From: Desulfobacterales bacterium
GTDB lineage: Bacteria; Desulfobacterota; Desulfobacteria; Desulfobacterales; UBA2174
Length of the DNA stretch: 64,000 nt
Direction of reading: 5' to 3'
Assembly: GCA_963668645.2 (NCBI GenBank)
Contig: CAXXWC010000021.1
Span: forward strand, 928,001-992,000
Shown here: positions 19,571-28,307 of the stretch, piece by piece
How positions within the stretch are numbered: position 1 is the stretch's first letter
Layout of the letters: each line of letters opens with the position of its first letter
Made by a program: the position numbers and the translations under genes
Notes under the pieces: generated by a model
Database searches by the model: none
What the model saw: the letters and a program-made list of their open reading frames with translations, nothing else
What the model was told of the DNA's origin: nothing

Positions 19571-21121
19571 ATGCAGATGATCGATGGCCTCGTCCTGCTG
19601 GCCTATTTCGCCGGCCTGCTGGTGATCGGCGCCCGTTTTTCCCGGCAGCGCCGGGGCGGCGACGACGATTTTTTCCTGGCCGGCCGTTCCATGCATTGGT
19701 TTCCCGTGGGGCTGTCGATCATGACCACGGCGTTTAACGCCGTCAACTACACCGGTTTTTCCGGGGAAGTGTTCGGCCACGGCCTCTACGTCCTGTTGTG
19801 CCTGCCGGTATTTTTCATGGTCGTACTGCCGGTCACGCGGATCATCATGCCCTTTTATCATCGCATGGGGATCTGCAGCGTGTATGAGTATCTTGAAAAA
19901 CGCTTCGACGGCTCCGTGCGCATGCTGGCGGCCGGGCTCTTCATCGTCTGGCGCATCTTCTGGATGGCCACGGCCCTGTATATCCCTTCATCGGTAATGG
20001 CCCACCTGACCGGCTGGCACCCGATCGTGCTGACCCTGGTTGCCGGGGCCGCCGTCACGGCCTACACCGCCGCCGGCGGGATGCGGGCCGTGATGTGGAC
20101 CGACGTTTTTCAATGCTTCGTGCTTATCGGCGGGCTGGTTTTCTGCCTGCTCTTTGCCGTAAGTCAGATACCCGGGGGCGTGGGCGCCATCTGGCGCATC
20201 GCCGCCGAGGGCTCGCGGCTCAGCCCGTTTTACCCCTTCGACTGGCAGATCTTCTCCTTTGATCCGCACATGCGCATCTCGTTGTGGAGCTGCTGGATCG
20301 GCACCATGACGGCCTTTTTGTCCCGCTACGGCGTCGACCAGACGGTGGTGCAGCGCTACTTCACCGCCCGGTCCCTGGAGCAGGCCCGGCGCGGCTTCCG
20401 GCTCAACATCCTCGTGGCCGTGGCCTCTTTGCTGCTGCTGGCCGCCATGGGGCTGGCCATGTATGCCTATGCCGCGGAGCACCGCCTGCTGGGCGGCATC
20501 GCGGCCCGCCCCCTGGCCTACCTGACCGCGTTTGTCAACGTCTTGCCGGCCGGAACCACCGGCCTGATTATCGCCGGCCTTTTCGCCGCCTCCATGTCGA
20601 GTGTCGATTCGGGCATCAATTCCTGCAGCGCCGTGTTCATCACCGATTTTTACAGCCGTTTTGGCAATTCGGAACCTGCGGCCGGCGCGTATGCCAGCAA
20701 GGCCGCCAGCATCGTTTTCGGCATGGCGGCTACCGTGGCCGCCTGCGGGGTCGGCCGGCTGGGCAGTATTTTCGAAATCGCCAACAAGGTCGTCAACGGC
20801 CTGGGCAGTCCGCTGCTGGCCCTGTTCATCCTCGGCATGTTCAGCCGCCGGGCCGGCCGCCGGGCCGTGTTCTGGGGAGGGGTGGGCGGAATCCTGATCA
20901 GCGTCTACGTAAGCTTTAACATCACCGATCTTGCGCTGCACTACTACGCCGTGGTCAACCTCCTTGGCACCCTGGGACTCTGCTATCTGCTGAGCATCGT
21001 GGAAAACTGGCGCTCGACCGGACCAGGCCCCGCGGCCCTCGCCTGGACCTGGACCGCGCACAGGCAGAATGCCCGCCCCGTTTGCAGCGGGCCGCCGGAC
21101 CGGCACCGCGGCGGGGATTGA
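19571..21121 (+). CDS. Sodium:solute symporter (SSS family)
   Basis: FFLAGRSM, YEYLEKRF, GGMRAVMWTDVFQ, DQTVVQRY, ASMSSVDSGINS. Confidence 0.93.
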   Translation: MQMIDGLVLLAYFAGLLVIGARFSRQRRGGDDDFFLAGRSMHWFPVGLSIMTTAFNAVNYTGFSGEVFGHGLYVLLCLPVFFMVVLPVTRIIMPFYHRMGICSVYEYLEKRFDGSVRMLAAGLFIVWRIFWMATALYIPSSVMAHLTGWHPIVLTLVAGAAVTAYTAAGGMRAVMWTDVFQCFVLIGGLVFCLLFAVSQIPGGVGAIWRIAAEGSRLSPFYPFDWQIFSFDPHMRISLWSCWIGTMTAFLSRYGVDQTVVQRYFTARSLEQARRGFRLNILVAVASLLLLAAMGLAMYAYAAEHRLLGGIAARPLAYLTAFVNVLPAGTTGLIIAGLFAASMSSVDSGINSCSAVFITDFYSRFGNSEPAAGAYASKAASIVFGMAATVAACGVGRLGSIFEIANKVVNGLGSPLLALFILGMFSRRAGRRAVFWGGVGGILISVYVSFNITDLALHYYAVVNLLGTLGLCYLLSIVENWRSTGPGPAALAWTWTAHRQNARPVCSGPPDRHRGGD

Positions 21122-21155
21122 AACTGGCGCGTGTCGTTTCCCCCAAACCGATCCA

Positions 21156-21992
21156 TCATCCCTGCAAGGATTGCTCCATTGCCTGAACCAGCCGCCGGAT
21201 ATGGGCCTTTTCGGCCTGGGCGATGCTTCGCAAAGGCGCTCGGGCCTCTTGCGGAGTCCCGTCGCGCTCGGCTACGGTGCTGTACAGATCGTAGGCCGCC
21301 GCTTCGATGGCAAGGGCCAGTTCGAACAGGGGCCGGCTCTGGTCCGGAGCGATGGCGCCGATGCGCTCGACGGCCGCCTGCAAGTCGAGGCCGCCTTCCA
21401 GAATCGTACCCGACAGCCGGTGGAAGAAAGGCTCAAACGGTTCGGACAGCGTCCGGATAGCGGTCAGCAGCCGGTATACGCTGCGGGCGTGAGCGACTTC
21501 GTCCGCGGTCAAATCGGCAAACGCCTCGATCCAGGGCGCATCGGCAAAATGCCGGCAAACCGCCTGGTAAAAATTCCAGGCTCCTTTTTCAAGGTCCATG
21601 GCCTTGGCGAGCAGGTCCTCGGTGGTTGCAGCCCCGTCGAAGACTGCGGTACGCGGGTAGTCGGCCAGGGTCATACCGTCCCAGGCCAGAATCCCCCCGG
21701 AAAGGTTGTAGATCGTTTTACGGGTGACCTCGGCGTCCAGGGCCAGGACGGCCGCAGCCGCGGAACGGCCGCCGCTGTGGCAATAGAAGACCAGATCGCG
21801 GTCGGGCGGCAGTTCGAAGAGCCTGGCTTCCAACTGCATCAGCGGCATCAGCCAGGCGCCGGGGATATGGGCGGCGGTGTACTCGCCGGGCTGGCGCACG
21901 TCGATAAGCAGGTAATCGGCTTCCGGGTGGCGCTGCAAATAGGCGCGCAACCTTGCCGGATCCAAGTGGACAATGTTCCTGCCGCGGCTCAT
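21156..21992 (-). CDS. Rhodanese domain + rubrerythrin/ferritin-like domain protein
   Basis: IDVRQPGEY...HIPGA, YCHSGGRS; ExxH pairs (DEVAH, AEKAH). Confidence 0.85.
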   Translation of the reverse strand: MSRGRNIVHLDPARLRAYLQRHPEADYLLIDVRQPGEYTAAHIPGAWLMPLMQLEARLFELPPDRDLVFYCHSGGRSAAAAVLALDAEVTRKTIYNLSGGILAWDGMTLADYPRTAVFDGAATTEDLLAKAMDLEKGAWNFYQAVCRHFADAPWIEAFADLTADEVAHARSVYRLLTAIRTLSEPFEPFFHRLSGTILEGGLDLQAAVERIGAIAPDQSRPLFELALAIEAAAYDLYSTVAERDGTPQEARAPLRSIAQAEKAHIRRLVQAMEQSLQG

Positions 21993-22006
21993 TGCTGCAA
22001 CCTCCC

Positions 22007-23566
22007 TCAGGCGGATTGGAGATGCCGGTAAGGCGGTTCGGTTGTCAGACGCCGATCCGGGATCGGCATGCCGACGGTGAACTGGTAGAGGCACTGGCAG
22101 CGCTCATCGGTTAATCCCAGCCGGCGATGGATTTGATCGTCGAAGAAGCAGCCGATCCCGGTGCCGCCCAGCCCTTCGGTTTCCGCGGCCAGGTAGAGGG
22201 CCTGGCCGATCCGGCCGCAAATCCAGAACAATTCTTTATAGCGGTGGGGCGCCTGGACCAGCTGGGCCTGAAAGTCGGCCACCATGGCGACAGCCATGAC
22301 CCCGTCTGCGGCGATGTCCTGATTACAGGCCAGGCTTCGCGCCTCGGACTGAAAATCCCCCGCCTCCAGGCGCCAAAGCCCTTCAACAGCCGGTACCGGC
22401 AGCCATTCCAGGGCGGCCCCGGAAGCCCGCACCAGAGCCCCGGCCGTCCCGGGGAACCGCTCATACCAGTAAAGACCCGACTCGAGATCTTCAACCCGGT
22501 GAATCCAGAGGGCCAGTCCGACTTGGCCTCCGGAACCGGTGGCCCTCAATATACGCTCCAGGGTCTCGATCCGGATAAACAGGGCGGCATCGTAAGCCTG
22601 GCCGCTGCGCCGCCGGCGCACGACGGCCGGGGAGACGGAAGTCGAACGGAATCCTTGCCGAAACAGAGAAACGGGCCGGCATGCTTTTGAGCTGGGATCA
22701 CTGTAACGCCGGGCCGCCCGCGCCACGGCCGGGATAACATCCCAATCCACATGGCTGGAGCTCAGTCTGCTCGGAGACGCGAGGATTTCCACCTTGGCCA
22801 AAGCCTCAACGACCTCGGCAGACAAATCGAGGCACGCCGGCGGGCAGCCGGCAGGATGGATCCAGGCGATCAGTTCCGGCACCTCGGTTTCACCGGCAGG
22901 CCAGTCGGTCCGATCGAGCCCCAAAATCCGCTCGGCTTCCTCGTCCGAAACCGCGTCGAGCACCGTGGCACGCCAACCGAAAAAGCCGGCGGCCACCTCC
23001 AGCGCGGCCAAGGCGTGACCGATGTCGAGCTGGCAGTAGCGCCAGGCTCTTTCCCCGTATTTCCACGCCTCGCGCCAGAAGATGCTCGTCAGTCCCACCA
23101 GCAGCCCCTCGCTGCCAAGATGCTCCACCAGCGCCTGCCACAAGGCCGCATCGATCCGGCCCCGGGGTTCGAGCATGTGGCCCAAGGGATTGTAGTGGCA
23201 AAGGCCGGCACCTGGTAAAGCCCGCGGCGGCACAACCAGATGAGCTTCGGTGGGGTGCAAATTCCCGCTGGATGGGTTGATGCGCAAGGCCCAGCGGGAT
23301 GGACCGGCCACCTTCCAAGCCGACAAGGCCAGTGAAAGGGCCAAAAAACCGCCGATGGACGATGGCGAAAAGGGGGCTGGGAGGGTTGGCAGTGCAAGAT
23401 CAGTATCGTTCAAAGGCAGGCGGAGCGGCGGCAGGCCGCGATAAAAACGGAACGGTTCCGGCTGGTTGGCCCAGTCCAGAAATCCGGCCGAACGCGCATA
23501 GGCCCCCGGCCGGTGTTTGGTGCGCCGGTGGTAGGCGAGAACCGTCTCTAACTCCGCGCTGCTCAT
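22007..23566 (-). CDS. SagB/ThcOx-type tandem nitroreductase-family protein
   Basis: YHRRTKH, LRINPSSGNLHPTE, WKYGERAWRYCQLDIGHA, GIGCFFDD. Confidence 0.88.
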   Translation of the reverse strand: MSSAELETVLAYHRRTKHRPGAYARSAGFLDWANQPEPFRFYRGLPPLRLPLNDTDLALPTLPAPFSPSSIGGFLALSLALSAWKVAGPSRWALRINPSSGNLHPTEAHLVVPPRALPGAGLCHYNPLGHMLEPRGRIDAALWQALVEHLGSEGLLVGLTSIFWREAWKYGERAWRYCQLDIGHALAALEVAAGFFGWRATVLDAVSDEEAERILGLDRTDWPAGETEVPELIAWIHPAGCPPACLDLSAEVVEALAKVEILASPSRLSSSHVDWDVIPAVARAARRYSDPSSKACRPVSLFRQGFRSTSVSPAVVRRRRSGQAYDAALFIRIETLERILRATGSGGQVGLALWIHRVEDLESGLYWYERFPGTAGALVRASGAALEWLPVPAVEGLWRLEAGDFQSEARSLACNQDIAADGVMAVAMVADFQAQLVQAPHRYKELFWICGRIGQALYLAAETEGLGGTGIGCFFDDQIHRRLGLTDERCQCLYQFTVGMPIPDRRLTTEPPYRHLQSA

Positions 23567-23604
23567 GGCGGCTTTCTGAATGCCCGACTCCGGCGGACCG
23601 CTGA

Positions 23605-24147
23605 TCAGTACTGCTCCAGGTGCAGGAAGGCTTCCACCTCGCGCCGCTTGGGGGCCGAAGGGGGCTTGGCCGGATAGCCCAGGGGGATCAGCGCCACCAG
23701 TTCGCATCCGTCCGGAACCTTGAGCACCTGCTTGGCCCGATCATGATCGAAATGCCCCACGATCACCGCGCCCAACCCCAGATCGTGGGCCGCCAGGCAG
23801 ATGCTCTGGGTGGCAATGCCCAGATCGAAAAGGAACCAGTCGCCAAACTTGGTGGTTGCCTGCTTGTCGTAGTAGCCGCTGGTGCCCAGCCGGCCGCAAA
23901 GGGCCAAAACCACCGGTGCGGCGCCGATCGCCTTGGTGGCCGGATTCTTGGGGCCGATGGTTGCCTGCAAGCTCGCCTTGATGGCCAGATCGCGCACCAC
24001 CACCACCTCCCAGCACTGGGTGTTGGCCCAGGAAGGAGACCATTTGACGGCTTCCAGGACGCGGCGTACCTGATCTTCAGATACATCCCGGTCTTTGAAT
24101 TTGCGGATGCTGCGGCGTTGTTCAAGCACTTGAAAAAATTCGCTCAT
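23605..24147 (-). CDS. Nitroreductase family protein
   Basis: RRSIRKF, SPSWANTQCWE, LAAHDLGLG, LIPLGYP. Confidence 0.92.
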   Translation of the reverse strand: MSEFFQVLEQRRSIRKFKDRDVSEDQVRRVLEAVKWSPSWANTQCWEVVVVRDLAIKASLQATIGPKNPATKAIGAAPVVLALCGRLGTSGYYDKQATTKFGDWFLFDLGIATQSICLAAHDLGLGAVIVGHFDHDRAKQVLKVPDGCELVALIPLGYPAKPPSAPKRREVEAFLHLEQY

Positions 24148-24324
24148 GACTCGCCCCCCGATTCTTTGTCAGGATTTTTTTGGCAGATGCAATCCGATTC
24201 ATCGCAAAGCGGACAGACGTAGGCGTCTTGCACCGGCGGTGCGGAGAAATGGGCGCGCCTGCGGCGCCGCAGATAGACCAACGCGCCTAATAGAACGAAT
24301 AAAATCAAAATCTTGATCATTATA

Positions 24325-25224
24325 TCAGCCCACCAATGCCTCTAACGCCTTTTCGATGGTTGGATAACGGAAGACGAATCCGGCATCCTCAAGCCGCCGC
24401 GGGACAACACGCTGGCTGGCGAGCAGCGTGCCTGCCATCTCGCCAAGAGCCAGACGCAGCACCGAGGCCGGAGTCGGCAGCCGGGCCGGACGGCCCAAGC
24501 GCTGCCCCAGAGCCCGGGCAAGATCCTGCTGGCGCACCGGCTCGGGAGCGGCCAGATTGACAGGCCCTTGAAATTCCGGCGCATTGATCAAAAAAAGCAT
24601 GGCATCGATCAGGTCCCGGATATGAATCCAACTGAACCACTGGCGTCCGGTGCCCAGCGGGCCGCCCAGTCCCCGGCGAAAGGCGGGTATCATCTGGGCC
24701 AGTGCCCCGCCGTCTGGGCCGAGCACAACCCCGAAACGCCCGCAGCAGACCCGGACGCCTCTCGCGGTGGCGGCCAGAGCCGCCTCCTCCCAGTCCCTGG
24801 CCAGATGGGCCAGAAAATCGTCTCCGGCTCCGGACGCTTCGGTGAGTTCCGCTTCCCCGCCATCGCCGTAATAGCCGATGGCCGAGGCGCTCAGCAGCAC
24901 CGGCTGCCCTTTGGGGTTCATGGCGGAAACCAGATGGCGGGTGGTGTTGATACGGCTGGTGTAGAGGGCCTGTTTGTACTTTCGCGTCCAGCGGCGGGCA
25001 ATGGTGGCCCCGGATAGATTGACCACTACGTCGGCCAGAGCGACCGCTTCTTGCCAGTCTCCGCACCGGGTGGTATCGACGGCCAGGTAGCAAAGACCGG
25101 GATGCGCCGGCCCCTCGGGCCGTTCCCGCCGGCCGGTGCCGGTCACCTGGTGGCCCGCCGCCAATAAGGCGCGGGCCAGATGACTTCCCACAAATCCGGA
25201 TATCCCGGTCACGAAGATCTTCAT
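24325..25224 (-). CDS. TIGR01777/YfcH-like NAD-dependent epimerase
   Basis: TGISGFVG, SASAIGYYG, GRQWFSWIH, SQRVVP. Confidence 0.92.
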   Translation of the reverse strand: MKIFVTGISGFVGSHLARALLAAGHQVTGTGRRERPEGPAHPGLCYLAVDTTRCGDWQEAVALADVVVNLSGATIARRWTRKYKQALYTSRINTTRHLVSAMNPKGQPVLLSASAIGYYGDGGEAELTEASGAGDDFLAHLARDWEEAALAATARGVRVCCGRFGVVLGPDGGALAQMIPAFRRGLGGPLGTGRQWFSWIHIRDLIDAMLFLINAPEFQGPVNLAAPEPVRQQDLARALGQRLGRPARLPTPASVLRLALGEMAGTLLASQRVVPRRLEDAGFVFRYPTIEKALEALVG

Positions 25225-25248
25225 GGTCCCCTTTGCACCTGGAAGAGC

Positions 25249-25965
25249 CTATTCGATATGAAACTGACCCGACTCGATGTAAGGGATATCCTCGACATCG
25301 ATGGCCTGGATCACGGCCTGGTTGAGGCGTCGCTTGAGTTCGGCGATGATCTCACGGCGTTTGTCCAGCCCTCGGGCAAAGCCGATGGCCTCGTCCCACA
25401 GGGTTTCCGGAGGGCAGGCCTGGCGCACGATGTGATGCCGGGCGCACTCTTCGGCTGCCAGGCGGCATCCGGTGTACTCCATGGTCTCCACCATGTAACG
25501 GGGTATGGCCTTGCAAAGCAGCGCATTCATACCCGGCAGAAAGGGAATCCCCAGGTCGACCTCAGGAAAGCAGAAGAATCCGCGGCCGGTCTGCATCAAA
25601 CGAAAATCAAAGGCACAGGCCATGATGGCCCCGCCGGCGAAGGCATGCCCGTTGATGGCAGCCACGGTGAGCATGGGGCAGGTCACCAGCCGTCTGAACA
25701 GTTTGTTGAGCTGGTGAAAGAAGCCTTTGCAGGTCTCGATGTCGCCCTTTTGAATCTGGGGCACGAGCCATTCGAGGTCAATCCCGTTGCAAAAGATCTT
25801 GGCGTGGGCCGATCGCACCACCACGGCGCGGGCATCGGTATCGGCTTCGATCCTGTCCAAAACCTCCTGGAAAGCCGATAGAAATGCCGGATTGAAACGG
25901 TTCTCGCCGTCGTTAAGGGTTACCTGGGCCACGGTTCCGTCCACCTGCCAGTCCACAAGGGCCAT
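25249..25965 (-). CDS. Enoyl-CoA hydratase/isomerase family protein
   Basis: FCNGIDL, AAINGHAFAGG, FPEVDLGIP; ATG 25965 with AGGAG RBS. Confidence 0.9.
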   Translation of the reverse strand: MALVDWQVDGTVAQVTLNDGENRFNPAFLSAFQEVLDRIEADTDARAVVVRSAHAKIFCNGIDLEWLVPQIQKGDIETCKGFFHQLNKLFRRLVTCPMLTVAAINGHAFAGGAIMACAFDFRLMQTGRGFFCFPEVDLGIPFLPGMNALLCKAIPRYMVETMEYTGCRLAAEECARHHIVRQACPPETLWDEAIGFARGLDKRREIIAELKRRLNQAVIQAIDVEDIPYIESGQFHIE

Positions 25966-26151
25966 GGTTGATACTCTCCTCAAAGCTTTGATTGAATTCG
26001 AAAGCGCCCGGTCGATCAGAATGATCGCTGCAATATGACATGACCGGCCGTAAAGCGTCAACTGCCCCAACGCGGCACTCGGCCCCTGAAAATAAGGGTT
26101 TTGAACCTTGACGCTTCGAAACAGAAGTGGTAAGAGGCGGACCACATTGAC

Positions 26152-26227
26152 GGGGATGTAGCTCAGCTGGGAGAGCGCAGCGTTCGCAACGCTGAAGTCG
26201 AGGGTTCGAATCCCTTCATCTCCACCA
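26152..26227 (+). tRNA. tRNA-Ala (CGC)
   Basis: 76-nt cloverleaf, anticodon arm CAGCG-TTCGCAA-CGCTG, TTCGAAT T-loop, encoded CCA. Confidence 0.97.
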
Positions 26228-26248
26228 GATAATTCAAGGGGTTACGGC
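26179..26248 (+). repeat. att site (left), 70-bp direct repeat
   Basis: Identical to 35955-36024 (3' part of tRNA-Ala plus 21 bp downstream). Confidence 0.95.
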
Positions 26249-26270
26249 TATTGGTGCCGTAACCCCTTTT
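26236..26270 (+). terminator. Intrinsic terminator after tRNA-Ala
   Basis: AAGGGGTTACGGC-tattggt-GCCGTAACCCCTT followed by T-run. Confidence 0.8.
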
Positions 26271-26598
26271 AAGTTTTCTACCTCATTTCTACCCTCGCTC
26301 AAGGCAGGGTAGAAGGCAAAACGGCTCCTGATTTTTGCTCCCCTGCCCTTTCAGGTCCCCGCGAAGAACCAACTCACGGTCGCCGAGGGCCACTTTTCTA
26401 CCGTTTATTTGGCAATCCAACAACATGGCTTTCTCCAATTTACCCTCAAGCTCGATAGTCTCTTATCTGACGGTGGCTCGGCAATAAACACGGTGTCGAG
26501 ATTCGGGCCAGCTTCTTGCCTGATATGATTGGATTTGCTACGGGAAATTGTAGTGACATCTGTTGCATGTCGTCACCCCACCGAAAGGAGCCTACAGA

Positions 26599-27147
26599 AT
26601 GAAAAAGTTTTTTGCCATTGCCGCGGCTGTGCTGATGCTGGCTGCATGTGCGAGCATCGACAGGCAGTACATCGTAACTGTTGATGTCCCTCCCGGTTGG
26701 GTTGAGGACGATGCCCATTTAAGTCTACCCGGCCGCGCCGCAAAGGTATCTCGCAGCTTCCACGATGAGCACGGAGGGGAGATTATAGTCGCTGTTACGA
26801 GGGTCGCCTACAAGTACGACGCGGGGAAGATCGATTTGACCGAGGCGTACAAAAAAGACCGGATGCGACGAGCAAGAACGACACAGTTGGAGATGGAGAA
26901 GACTGGGGCGACGAATTTCGAGGTAGACCTGCTTTCTGTAGACTTGAGCAAGCCTGTTGGGAAAATAAGGTCATGGAGGGCCAGCTTTCGCACTGGCTTG
27001 GCTGGAGAGCCAAAGCGGGGAAATATTGAGGCATTTCTTTGCACAGACGCGTTCGGCGGATTGATGGAGTACCTGATGATTTTGGCCTATCAGCCAGATA
27101 GGGCTGATATGTACGACAGCCAAAGGCTTGCAAGCCGTATGTTTTGA
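26599..27147 (+). CDS. Lipoprotein of unknown function (satellite cargo)
   Basis: MKKFFAIAAAVLMLAAC lipobox; AAGGAG RBS. Confidence 0.75.
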   Translation: MKKFFAIAAAVLMLAACASIDRQYIVTVDVPPGWVEDDAHLSLPGRAAKVSRSFHDEHGGEIIVAVTRVAYKYDAGKIDLTEAYKKDRMRRARTTQLEMEKTGATNFEVDLLSVDLSKPVGKIRSWRASFRTGLAGEPKRGNIEAFLCTDAFGGLMEYLMILAYQPDRADMYDSQRLASRMF

Positions 27148-27654
27148 CCGTGAGCATCAGGCAGCCTAAGCCTTGAGCCTTATTCACAAGACGAACGTAA
27201 TACGGAGTCTTTGGCAGGACCTTTCGCTGGTGGTGAAAATGGACGCCCCGAGGCCGCCGGCCCGGACATTGCCGGAAATCACGGGGGGCCGGCAGGGACG
27301 CCAAAAGGCTGAAAGGGATGGCGTGGTGTAACCCTTGCTCAAATAACGTTTACAGAAACGAAAATCTAACAGACCGCAAACGATTTGTCCGCACCACAAG
27401 ATGCAGGTAGCACGGCCAGGTCAGCAGGGTAGCCACAAGATGTTGTGGTGTCATGCCATGGGCGATTCAGGGGTTGCAGGACGGCACTTCGGGATTTGCT
27501 TGTGACGGGGTATTGGTGAACGGGCGAAAGTGGGAAGTTATCCACCTGACGAAGGCCCCCGCCGGATCGGTGGACCCTCCTTGCTTATTGTTCCCACACA
27601 TGCGAACCTGTCCCCATAGAAAAATCCCGAAAACCGAGATAAAGGAGGGGAACT

Positions 27655-27963
27655 ATGGAAGAAAAAGAAATGGTAGAAGAATGGTTTCAGATTAAGCACA
27701 CGGAATGCGGGGCAACATTTTTTATCAATGCATCATCCTATGCAAAAAACGTTCGGGCAAGAAACAAGGATATGTTCACCTGCCCTAACTGCCTGATGGA
27801 CATCAACGCGAAAAAGGAAGCTGGCAAAGGTGCTACTGACTTTATTCTTGATTTCATTGAGAACTATCAACGCTTGGTCCGTAAGGGAATAAAAATATCA
27901 GGACCTTTTTCTTCTCCGAATCTAAAATACACATTGTTACCAGTGATAGATAATGGTGAATGA
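27655..27963 (+). CDS. Small putative zinc-ribbon protein (satellite cargo)
   Basis: HTEC...CPNC; strong RBS AAGGAGG; AT-rich. Confidence 0.65.
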   Translation: MEEKEMVEEWFQIKHTECGATFFINASSYAKNVRARNKDMFTCPNCLMDINAKKEAGKGATDFILDFIENYQRLVRKGIKISGPFSSPNLKYTLLPVIDNGE

Positions 27964-28097
27964 ATATTGATAGGCGCCGGCTCCCGCCAGAAGGGTAACG
28001 GGAAGCCGGCGCCTGTCCGAAGCCCAGACGGTGGCGTTCGGACGATGCCCGCGGGCCGGCCAACTCGACAAAAAGCCGGCCGCGGGGTGTTCAGTGG

Positions 28098-28259
28098 TTA
28101 CGTCTTCGTCGTCCATGCCGACCCGTCGAAGATGTAGGTTGCCTTCGTGTCGGTCTCGAAAAACTCCGATCCCGCTGTCACTTCATCGGTTGGCTTGCTG
28201 TCGGTCGAAAGCCCGATGTAGAACTTTCGCCGGTTCGGTTGGTACAGAACTACGGTCAT
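28098..28259 (-). CDS. 53-aa phage-type protein, possible capsid decoration/head fibre
   Basis: Manual translation MTVVLYQPNRRKFYIGLSTDSKPTDEVTAGSEFFETDTKATYIFDGSAWTTKT; GCGAGG RBS; directly downstream of the capsid gene; below the ORF-track cutoff. Confidence 0.65.
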   Translation of the reverse strand: MTVVLYQPNRRKFYIGLSTDSKPTDEVTAGSEFFETDTKATYIFDGSAWTTKT

Positions 28260-28307
28260 CGCATTGCCTCGCTTTCATTGGGGCCGGATTACCGGCCCCC
28301 TTCAGGA

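Noticed and set aside
27195..27225. Resemblance to lambda cosQ/cosN (AGGTCCT...TTACG on the minus strand)
   Set aside because: Spacing differs from lambda, there is no cosN symmetry, and P27 TerS belongs to a different packaging family
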